Shown: in pieces, positions 28,001 to 38,447 of the stretch | Numbering within the stretch: position 1 is the stretch's first letter | Layout of the letters: each line of letters begins with the position of its first letter | From: Aplysia californica | Lineage: Eukaryota | DNA: 64,000 nt | Assembly (NCBI RefSeq): GCF_000002075.1 | Contig: NW_004797344.1 | Location: 1-64,000 of the forward strand | Reading direction: 5' to 3' | Position numbers and translations under genes: made by a program | The notes under the pieces: model-generated | Database searches by the model: none | What the model saw: only the letters and a program-made list of their open reading frames with translations | Told to the model about the DNA's origin: nothing

Positions 28001-28452
28001 CTGAAAAAAGAAGAGAGAATTAGACATTTTGGTTCTTAATTTTCTTACGACAATGAAGTTGTATTTTAATACCAAAAAACATGCCTTAATGCTTTCAGTT
28101 TATTCAAACACTTAAGGACAAATAAAAGTGTATCATGTTCCCAACTGGAATTAGTTCCATGAAAAATAACTCTACGACTATCAGATAACAAAGGAGAAAA
28201 GAAAACAATAACTCACAGTTCAGATGCCTTGGCACATCCTCACCCTCCTCCTTCCCCTCTATGAAAATATTTTTTAAAGTTAGTTTTTTTTCCAAAAACA
28301 GGAATTTAGAAAACTTTTGTTTCGTTTGTTTGAGTAAAGAGAAGCACATCAACACGCCCATAAAAAGTTGTAACAATGCAAAGAACAAGTAAGCTAGTTC
28401 AAAGTAGCAAGCCTTTTTACTTTAAGCTTTAATGATATTAAAAGGCAATCAC

Positions 28453-28772
28453 CTGGAGAAACTTTCTTTTCAACTAATTTTCCACTGGAATCATGAAGCT
28501 GTTGGATGCTGAGTAAATCACTTGGATTTCCTGAATGTTGGGGCCAAAAGTAGACGTAGACTCTACTGCCACTGCTGCCACAGTCAATCACAATGGCATA
28601 CTGCAACCCTTCTTTTTCTTCTATATTTCTTGCTCCAGATAATTTGAACATTCCTGTGATGGGCAGCAGAAACAGCAGTCCAATAACGAGAGCAGCTATG
28701 ACGAATACAATACGCCAAAAGGTGTAGATACTGCTGCCTTGTGGCGAAATGCCTGGGCAATTGAGGTAAATT
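28453..28772 (-). CDS. ENTPD4: ENTPD4/7-like exon 2 (N-terminal TM, ACR1)
   Basis: IVFVIAALVIGLLFLL TM, then YAIVIDCGSSGSRVYVY. Phase 2-1. Confidence 0.93.
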
Positions 28773-29495
28773 CTGTAATCAAAGAAAAGGACATAAAATG
28801 TCAAATTTCAATTTATATTATATTTTGACTGACATGGCATCCAATATCAATTCTTCTAATATTCTTTAGGATGTGGAACCCTTTCCTTGCTTTTTAAAGT
28901 TCAACCTGGAACCGTGCAATACAGACAGGACACCTGACTAGATTCTTCTACATTAACCTAAAAGCCTGAGACTTTCTGTTTCATATATTATAAAGAACTT
29001 AGTCAGTCATGTTTGTAAGTTCATTCAACTGGATCATCCACAATCATTTTAATTTAACCTTCAGGCAGAATATGTTTGGTCTTTATAAATTGTTTAAACT
29101 TCATTCCCCAGCGATGTTCACAGTAATCAAAATCAAATCTAACACTGTCAACTAAAATATGTATCATGTGTTAAAGCTAGGGTTAGGGTTTGAGGTAGGG
29201 TTAGGGTTAAGGTTTTTAAAAAAGTTAAGGGTAGAAGGCTAAGTTAGGGTTAGGGTTAGAAGGTCTCCTTTATTTTCAATGTGTTTGTTAGGTTGGTCCC
29301 TCATTACCGAAGTCCTTCTAAAGTTACTACATAATTATGGTAGGAGTAATATAGCCTAGTAGTTTGAATTTGCGACGAATTTAAAGTCATTCTTGAAAAA
29401 AAAAATGGTATGATACAGATTTAGATTAGATAAATATCTTCTAGGTTTAACGTACGTTAATTACTATTAGCAATTTTAGTATAGAGGTTCTTTAA

Positions 29496-30646
29496 CCCTA
29501 TCCGAACGTCCTGTGGTCATTTTGTACCCCCCCCCCCCTCGGTTGTATTCTTCACATTTTAGAATACTTCTTGTGCGAAGATCTCTTTGTGCGACTTTCA
29601 GTATTCGAAGTGATTATTCGGACGCGAGTCCGAATATGAAAAAATGTTATTCGGACTCTGATTCTTGTCCAGCATGACATCACTTCCGACTTCCTGTGAC
29701 TCGTGAATCCGGCTTCCTGTCCTGCCTCACTCGTGACTCGCCTCAGGCTGGGTAGAGACCGGGATCACTTCGGGCAAAAAGGCGTTTTGTGCAGGAGCCG
29801 AGTTTTAATCTTATGATGAATTTGAGGCCGGCCTGAAAAGTTATAGCGCTTCTAATACATGTTTATTTGTCAAGAGGTCATCAGAAGCAATTAAAGATGG
29901 CTCGTTAGCGTGTGTCGGGGTCGGATGGGCGGCCTCCACACGTGTGGCTGTGTGCGTGTCGGGGAGGGTGGTGGGGGGGCACTATCGGTCCGGGCTTTGA
30001 ACGTCGCATATGCGTCAGTCTTTTCCCCCCCGGCAACTGATCATTATTACAATAATAAGCTAGTCTTGACGTAGATCTACGTAATGAATTGTGCGCTGGT
30101 CTTAGGAATCAAAAGTTGCCGTATGCTCAGCTCTACACAGCAACACAACTTTTTCTTGGTAAACAATCGATATGACACAGGCTTGTGTATTTGAACGAAT
30201 CAGTCTTCTTTTTTTTTACACAGCTCATAATATGCAGGTGCTAGGTGGTCTGCTAATCTTCAATTGTACCTTTTTCTACAACAAAGAAAGTGGGAAACGT
30301 GGGGGGGCGCGTATCAATGAGGCGGCGGGCATTGGATCGGCAGATAAGGTGTGGGGTAAACTAAAAAATGGCGGAAAATTGGAAGCACTGAACGTTAGAT
30401 CTATAGAACGAAGACACTTCCTTTTTTCCGGACCCGAGTCCGAATAACATTTTTTCATATTCGGACTCGAGTCCGAATAACGACAGCCTTCAGTATTTCT
30501 CAAAAAATCATTTTGACAGACTGCTACTGCTATGCAAAGCGTGCATATTCGATTAACGAGTAAATTTCATCTTTAAAATAGAAAGTGGTGGCACAGAGTT
30601 CCCCTCGTCGTATGGATACGATAGTAAAACACTGCGTACGGATAGG
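29496..30646. mobile_element. piggyBac-like MITE (TTAA TSD) carrying a nested insertion
   Basis: TTAA|CCCTATCCGAACG..CGTACGGATAGG|TTAA. An uninterrupted relative lies at ~48110-48335. Confidence 0.8.
29606..30488. mobile_element. 883-bp non-autonomous DNA transposon with 9-bp TSD (Mutator-like by TSD length)
   Basis: TSD TTCAGTATT at 29597-29605 and 30489-30497. ~45-bp subterminal inverted repeats. Empty site seen at 48193-48201. Confidence 0.85.
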
Positions 30647-30650
30647 TTAA

Positions 30651-30812
30651 GAGACTGGACCTCTGAGCTTTAACGGCCATCTCCGAAAGCACGAGCCCAG
30701 TGTCAAATTCCTGTGTAAAGTGCCTTTCCTAAGGACACAACATTAGACCGAGCTGAGACTTGAGCCTCCAAACCCGTAATATCCCGAATATGAGTCCGGT
30801 CTAACCACTAGA
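30651..30812 (-). mobile_element. SINE fragment
   Basis: Core GTGTCCTT(A/G)GGAAAGGCACT shared with the SINE at 45460-45605. Confidence 0.55.
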
Positions 30813-30999
30813 TTAGATTCTAGGGCGATTGTTAAGGATGCCGCGTTTAATTCTGATGTGTGTTTTTCATAGCCTCAGGCATGTTTTGCTTTGGTCCCTA
30901 CCCCTAACCCTGGAAAATGTACATCGGAATAAAACGCGGGAATCTTAACAATCTCCTATTCTAGACCAAAGTCATTCGTGTAAAAAGTAAAAACGGAGA

Positions 31000-31192
31000 G
31001 TCTACGTACACGGTCATGTAGTCTCAGGGTCACGTACACGGTAACCGGGCAAGTAGCCTCCTAAATATCTACGTACACGGTAACCTGGCACCTCTAGCCT
31101 CAGTTTCTACGTACACGATAACTGAGCATGTAGTCTCAGTGTCACGTACACGGTAACCGGACATGCAAGTAATCTCAGGGTCACGTACACTA
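31000..31192. repeat. Minisatellite, ~30-38-bp unit containing ACGTACACGGTAACC
   Basis: Six ACGTACAC-containing units. Confidence 0.85.
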
Positions 31193-31279
31193 AGGCCGCG
31201 GTAAGCCTTAGACTAAGGCAGGCTAAGGCATAATAAGACATAAGAAGGCTAAACTTAAAGTTAAGTGTACTGTAAGGCT

Positions 31280-31570
31280 TCTCTAGACTTTTGATCTAGA
31301 TTTATAGATCTAAGTCTAGTCTCTAGAATCTAGATCGAGATTCTAGGATCTCGACTCTAGATCTAGATCTAGATTAGATCTACAAAATCAAGATATCTAG
31401 ATCTAGATTAGGCTAGTCTAGATCTAGAATCTAGATTATATAGATCTAGATGTAGATCTAGATCTATCTAGATCTAGATCTATATAGATATCTAGATCTA
31501 GATATCTAGATCTAGATCTAGATCTAGATCTAGAATAGATTTTATTAGAGAATTATTTTGTAGATTCTAC
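31280..31570. repeat. Irregular (TCTAGA/TAGATC)n array immediately 3' of the ENTPD exon-1 donor
   Basis: Seen directly. Confidence 0.92.
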
Positions 31571-31587
31571 AGTTTCTACCGACTCAC

Positions 31588-31595
31588 CGAGCCAT
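31588..31595 (-). CDS. ENTPD4: ENTPD4/7-like coding exon 1 (8 coding nt)
   Basis: aaaaATGGCTCG|GTGAGT joins exon 2 in frame to give MARIYLNCP, resembling the vertebrate ENTPD7/4 starts MARIS/MGRIG. Confidence 0.8.
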
Positions 31596-32594
31596 TTTTA
31601 GACTTTCCATACAATTCAATAAATTTCTTCAGAATTAGTTTCACTTTCAAATGAATTCATCGGATGAGGCCCATGTTTGTGACTAAAAAATCTCAGGCAT
31701 TTCTAAAGAGGGTGGCAGCCTGACACACCCTTGACTGTGCGGGGTCGGCAGTAGACGTGTACGTTTCCTTCGCAGCTGACAATGATCCCAGTAACCCAGT
31801 CGAACAACACATCACAAACGGAAAAGGAAAGTTGTTTTACGACATGTTCCTCTTTGCAGCTACCGCAAACAAAATCCGTTGGGAGGTCTTATTGAATTTT
31901 ACTTGAACAAGGGCAAAGGTTAGTCTCTATGAACTTTGACCGTGCGTTGAAAGTCGAAATTGTCTGATGTTATTGCCCGGCAGCCCGGTAGCCAAGATCA
32001 GTCAACTATCAAGCAGTTGTGTTACAGTTTCTGTGCATTCACGGCAATTTTCTTTCGCTTCATTTCTTTATATCACGATTGATTGACGAGGCAGTTGATG
32101 GTATTGGTATCAGATAAAACAACTTAGCCTAGATTATATGTTTTCTTTTTAGACTTCGTTCAAAGTCTAAATAGATTCTATTAATTTCCTTTTATTAGCC
32201 TACTTTCATCTCTCATGTAATCACTTGATTCGTTGTTGTAAAAGTGGCAACACGACAGGCATGAGAATCTTCTTTCCACATTACAGTACGCTGTAGTGTA
32301 GTAGTAGGGCCAACCATTTGAGCCATTTCAGATCAGACCAGGTATAATAAGTCAGACTTATTGTGAGTGTGCCCTTAGCTTATAGTAGACTCAGGATGAT
32401 CTTAATTATTTTAAGTAGATCTAATTATCTGTCAGTGTTGCTGTAGTAGTGTAGTGTAACTAGGCGAATCACGCGCTGAGCGAAAAAATAACAATTATTG
32501 AAAGATAGAAGAACAGGAGCCTATAAAAAGCTACATTATATCCTCAGTCTCCGTCAAAAATACAATAGCAACTTTTAGTGAATCACTGACAATC
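31596..32594. promoter_or_regulatory. Putative bidirectional promoter/5'UTRs between ENTPD and PEX11
   Basis: Divergent start codons 1.0 kb apart. CpG-richer core and two DR1-like sites. Confidence 0.65.
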
Positions 32595-32671
32595 ATGGGT
32601 GTGGATTCTGATTTCATGGACAATCTCGTGAAGTTTAATTCATCTGCAAGTGGGCGTGATAAACTTTTCAG
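32595..32671 (+). CDS. PEX11: PEX11 (A/B-type) coding exon 1
   Basis: MGVDSDFMDNLVKFNSSASGRDKLFR|GTAAA, the conserved PEX11 N-terminal GRDKLFR. The start could instead be the second ATG (32616). Confidence 0.88.
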
Positions 32672-32788
32672 GTAAACTCTTCTTCTTGTGCTCTTTGTTA
32701 CCTTTCTTTGACTTTGACAACTTGTACCAGTGAATATATGAAGAGAGATCAACAGAGTGGTATCTGTAAAGTAGGTCACTACGTAGTA

Positions 32789-35672
32789 CAGCAGTCTCCG
32801 CCTAAACACACGCCATACTAAAAAACGCTTTGCTCAAACGCATGCTTTGGTCTGTCAGCATATAATAGGTTTTTTGAGAGTGCTATATAATTTAGATGTA
32901 CAAATGCACGTTCACTTCTAAACGCATCATGCTTCAATACGTGAAACACGCCGACAGGTAAAGCTTGACAAGGAGAAATTTTCACAACAACCTATACAGC
33001 TCTTGCATAAGACAGGTCTATACCGGATATTTGGCGAGACTGCCCCTCACGCAGAACAAAGAGAATATAATGGACAGAGTTAGTTTTCACACCCAACTTT
33101 CCACAGACCCAAATCTTGGACTGGTCGGGTGATGTTGGAAGGGGGGGGGGGAGACGACAACTGAAATGCCTTTTGATTAGTCACTCGAAATGGGTCTTTC
33201 AGAGAATGTTTTTATGACTATGTGTTTCTGTGACTGATATGTTTACTTATTAGGCTTATGATGCGCAACATGCGTGAATGCTGTAGTAGAACACTAGAGA
33301 GGCTTGTTGATGATTGAAGTTTTTGTCAAGTAATCAGCTGCTTTCGAAGACCGTATCGTTCTACGAATTACAAGAGAAAAGTCTCTCAGAATGTCTGATT
33401 TTGATGTCATCCATGTATAGAGCATTGCATAAGTGGATATGCGCTATATAAATGCAATCCATTATTATTATACATATGTATAGTTGAAATAGATGAAAGG
33501 CAGTCGGGAGTGGCCATGGAAGTTGGAAAGCCGTGTGGCTGAGCACTTTTCCCTCTAGCACTATCACCACCAGTGTCCATTTATCTGTTCCCGACATTTT
33601 ATAAGTGCATTATATGTAGTACAGTTAGTCCGTCTTTCTGCTCCCCCACCCATTCAACGCCTTTGTATTTCTTTCCTTTATAATTCATAACCGCAGTCGG
33701 GGAATCCATATAAAAACAGTCACGTGTTGCCACTTAATCAACCAAAGTGACCCGCTCCCCGAAGGGAGGTCAGTAAAATACCCACTAAATTAAAAGTAGG
33801 AGAGTCTGCGATCTGCGAATGTGGACACGGCCAAGAGGATGTCAACCTTATCCTTCAGCGCTGCCTGCGCTACACCACCTTTCGTACACAGGCGTGGCAG
33901 AATGTGACTCCTCTTGAGAGAAAGCTCTATGGCAGTCTCTCAGATTTGAAGTGGACTGCACAGTTTGTGCGCGACCTTGGACTGACTGTCTAGCTGCTGT
34001 CATCAAGAATGAGGAAGAAACTAAAATATCAAGGAAATGAGATGAGTGCATCCTTTCCTCCCTTTGCGCAGGTCATGGCAACGCACACTCCGTAACACCC
34101 GCTAAGGAGCCTTCCTGAGCACTCTGTGCGTTTAAGCGGAGACTTTTGTACAGACTACATGCTAAATTTTTAGTTTTAGATTAGGAAAGAATTCCGTAAT
34201 TGACCACTTTGAAATAAAGTGTTAGGGTCAGGGTTAACACTGAAGGCTAGGGTTGGTTTGGGTTAGGATCTAGATCTCTTCTTTATTGTGTTTGTTAGGG
34301 GTGGCTGATGGTTGCTCATTACGGAAGTCCTTCCTCACTTACATGTTGAACTTGCTGTCCATAGTGGTCACCTGTACCAACCAGCCGCTGTACCATGAAA
34401 CCCTTGCGTTTTTCTTATATTTTTCACCTATCCATGGTGTTCATTATCATAGTGGCTCCTGTCCAATATGACCTTGAGACAATTAGGTCTCAAAACCTGC
34501 TCCTAGTCGTAGCAGTCGCTTGATACAATAAGTTTTCTGCCTATTCATCCTCAGGCTTAGCGTGTAGCTTATTCAATCAATCAATGCACAAAGGCGTTAG
34601 ATTTAGCAGTCGGTTGCCTAATTAGACCAGGTTTGTAAAAATACTACAATCTCTCAAAGGAAAAGATTTCTTTGTGCAAAAAAAATATTAGCCTTCACCT
34701 AAACGCACAGTGGCACAGTGCTCGGGAGGGCTCCTTGGCCTGTGCTTACATGAACCTGTACAAAGGGAGGAAGGGACGCAACCATATCATTTCCTTGATA
34801 TTTTAGTGAGGGTCATTTTGGCTGATAATGTGATGAAACGTGTCTGTTTTGTGAAGGATTCCCCGACTGTGTTTATGAATTATGAATACAAAGGCGTTGA
34901 ATGAAGGAGGGGAAAAGCAGAAAGACGGACTCAGTGTATTGAATATATACGCTAATTAATGTCAGGAACTGACAAGAGGAAACTACTATTGGTAATAGTC
35001 ATAGAAGTAAAAGCGCTCAGCCATGTGGCTTTCCAAGTGAACACTCCCGACTGCCTGTCATCTATTGCAGCTGGGTAAATGCATTGATGGCTGCAGAGTC
35101 AGACACTCCGAGAGACTTTTCTCTTGTGATTCGTTGAACAAGAACATTGTTCTTCAAGTGCAACTGATTGCTTCTCAAATCTCTAAAATCCTACAGAGGC
35201 CTATCTAGTGTTCTACAGCATTCTCATACATGTTGCACATCACATTACGTATGCTGTCACTCAAACACCAGTCAGAAACCTTCTCTCAAAGATGCATTTC
35301 GAATGACATATCAAAAGATATTTCAGTCTCCCCCCTCAACATTCACTTGACCTGTCCTAGACCTATTGTCTGAGGAAAGTTAGGTGTGAAAACGCTCTCC
35401 ATCACTCTCTTTGTTCTGTGTGAAGGGGAATTCTCACCAAATATCTGGTTGTCCGGTCTTGTCTTAGGCAAGCTGTGTAGGCTGTAGCGCACATTTCCCC
35501 ATGTCAAGCTTTACCTGTTGGTGTGTTTCGCGGATCCAAGCGTGCGTGAAGAAGTGACCGTGCGTTTGTACACATCTGAATTGTAAAATAGCAAAAATCC
35601 TGTCAAATGACGAAAGTGTGCATTTGAGCAGAGGGTGCTTTTGTATGGCATCTGTTTATACAGAGACTACTG
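32789..35672. mobile_element. Foldback-type TA-flanked DNA element with ~1-kb diverged inverted arms
   Basis: TA|CAGCAGTCTCCGCCTAAACA..TGTTTATACAGAGACTACTG|TA. 32789-34170 is colinear with the reverse complement of 34680-35672. Confidence 0.8.
33790..34019 (+). mobile_element. 3' fragment of an I/Ingi/Nimb-like LINE nested in the foldback arm
   Basis: Decayed C-terminal zinc knuckle (SAICECGHGQEDV..ILQRCL), GAA-rich tail, flanked by ACTAAA. Absent from the opposite arm. Confidence 0.6.
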
Positions 35673-36078
35673 TAGCTGAATGTGAATCTGCAATAAGTTT
35701 TAAGTTTGATAAAATGCATTTATTAGAAGCTGTATGCTGAATACAAACTCTGACAAAAAGCGTTCGTCATCATATGGTCCTCATGCTTCGCAAGGCATGA
35801 CGAATGCCGTATGTCATAGCGACAATTTGTTTCCTTTACCATGATGAACTGCCCTGGACATATTATTAGTCATAAAGGTGTTAAGTTGACACTACTGTAC
35901 CTGTAATGGTATCATGTCAAATGAATAAAATGGCAAAGATGTGGGCAGTGTTTGGTGAATTTTTATATTTGATGAATATTTTGTTTCTCTCCTGGAGATA
36001 TCAGGTCGAGATTTAACATTATCAAAGATTTATACTTGTAATGGTAATTTTACAAACTAATTGATGCTGTTTCCTCAG

Positions 36079-36194
36079 GCTAGTTCAGTACTGCACCAAG
36101 TTCAGCTGGTGGTATCTAGAGAAGGCTGGAGTGCATGCCGAAGCGATTGCTCGTCTGCAGAAGCTAAGCAGTTCTCTAAGCACAACAAGAAAAT
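36079..36194 (+). CDS. PEX11: PEX11 exon 2 (missed by the ORF track)
   Basis: LVQYCTKFSWWYLEKAGVHAEAIARLQKLSSSLSTTRK. ttcctcag / GTGAGT, phase 2-1. Confidence 0.92.
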
Positions 36195-37511
36195 GTGAGT
36201 TTTGTTGTATGCTCTCATTTTTAAAGTGCTGAGTATTTTAAAAAAGAAGGACCCACTTAATTTACAGGACAACAACGCAGTCATCGTTAGACTATTTCAA
36301 CAAAACTTTGAACTACTGAAGTTCAATTTTGGGGACGTCGCATTTGTCAATCTGAAGAAAAATCAACATGTTAAAAAACGTTAATTTTTAAAATTAATCC
36401 AGATTTGAGTGAAATGGAAAACTGTGCAACTTCTTAAAAACCAAATAATTATTTGTGTGTATTTGTGCATTGAAGAAAAAATTAGATAAATAAAATTGTC
36501 ATCGAAATAAATTGGTTATAATTTAAATTGTATTTTCCAGGTGTGTACCATTTCTCTCTTGACAAGCTCGAATAGGATGCCATTTGAAATTTTGAATAAC
36601 TCAGTGGCATATTTCTGAGCAAATTCTTTAGAGATTTTGTTCACATAAAGTTTCAACTGTTAGATTGTTTGTGGGTTGTTTCTGTTAATTCTCGGTCTGT
36701 CAAAAAAAAAACCCCAAAGAAAATAATTGAGGGGGTTCAAGTTGAGAGAATGTGGTGACCATTAAAAATTTATTTGTAAGCTTTCAGCTTATAAATAAAG
36801 TATTTCCCAAACCTTACTTGCAACGATACAAGGCCCACTCTTGACATATGGGATGTGGCCCCATATCCTATGGAACGAGGCCTCCTCAACAGCAACCTTC
36901 TCCTCCCCTGATTTTTTATTCACAACTTTCCCGGCATCAGAATGGGCAGATCATGGCTCTGTAGCTGAATGTTTTTAAGAAGTAAGGTTTTGAGTTTTGT
37001 ACCCAGCTTTTTTGGAATTTTTAAAACTTGATGTCTGTCGAACATGTCAACTGATTTCCTTCATATCATGTTTAGAAATTTTATGTCCCCTTGGTTGGAT
37101 TTTGTCTGTCCAGAGTTTTGTTGTAATTAATACAAATATGGCTGAGTTATTGCCCTTGGGTTCTTTTTTTTTGTTAGACACAGTGTACAAGTAGTTTTTT
37201 TCATTGAGAACAATATTTTGTTCCAAGTTAACATGATGACTGATTGAAAGGGGATTCAGCAATCCTTGTCCTGTATATGATCTTTATGTGTGAAAAGACA
37301 AGCCGACATATTTTCCTCTTCAGAACAGAGAAATAACATTCTGATTTCTAAAGACAAGTTCTGTGAAATCTTTAAAATTGACTTGTTAAAGATATGACAA
37401 CATTTTCACCACAATGCAATATCCTTAGATGAATTTGGCCCTCATTGAGAGGTCAGTGTTATAGTTAAATATGAAACAAACGAAGCATCAAATAATGTAG
37501 AATGACTTTTT

Positions 37512-37513
<2 letters not shown>

Positions 37514-37568
<55 letters not shown>
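37514..37568. repeat. (TA)n microsatellite
   Basis: Seen directly. Confidence 0.97.
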
Positions 37569-37570
<2 letters not shown>

Positions 37571-37881
37571 TCAGTGTCATTCCACAAATGCCAAAGTCAT
37601 TTATATTGTAAGTTTTGAGAAAATGAAATTAAGAAAAAAAAATCGCTTAAATTTCAGAACCGTGACTTGGGCACTTGTTATTATTGATTAAAAACTAAGA
37701 AGTCAATAATGAAAAAACAAAGCTGTACTGTAATGTAAATGTAAAATACACCCCTTAATGTCTCAATTCAAATAATGGCTTTGTCTTAGAAATCACCAGA
37801 GACTGATTTGGGCTATTGTGGAATGACGCTTATGAAAATAATTTCTCAGTGAACTGACTTCTTGTTTATTTTGTTTTTCAG

Positions 37882-38447
37882 TTCTTCGACTCGGCAAGAG
37901 TGTGGACTTTATGCATGGGGCTCTTCGCAGCATCCACCTGACTGACTCTGTGTTACGCTACACAATAACTTTGTCAAAGCTGAATCAGGCTGTTTATTTG
38001 TTGTTTGACCATATAATATGGGCAGGTCGTGTTGGGCTGGCTATGATAGACAAAGACAAGTGGAGCAAACTGTCGGCTCAGTTCTGGATTGTGACTCTGA
38101 TACTGAACCTCGTCCGAGATATTTATGAAATTTGCATTGTGTTATCAAGTGAACTGAAGGCTCGCACAGAAAGATCTTCAAGAAGTTTGTATAAAAATGG
38201 TTTATCTGATCATAAGACTGCTAGTAAACCCATTCTTACAAATTCACAGCTGGTCAAGAAATGTGTGGAAGAGAATAAGCCACTTTTCCTGGATCTTGTG
38301 AAAAACTTGAGTGACCTTGTCCTGCCTTTAGAAGCCCTTGGACATGTCAAAGCATCTCCAGGAGTGCAGGGTCTTGTGGGAACAATTTCTTCAGTTATTG
38401 GTGTCTGGCAATCATGGAACCCCTTGCTCCGTTTGGTGCCTTCGTAG
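37882..38447 (+). CDS. PEX11: PEX11 exon 3 (to stop)
   Basis: FLRLGK..IHLTDSVLRYTITLSKLNQAVYLLFDHIIWAGRVGL..LDLVKNLSDLVLPL..GLVGTISS. Total 759 nt = 252 aa. Confidence 0.95.
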
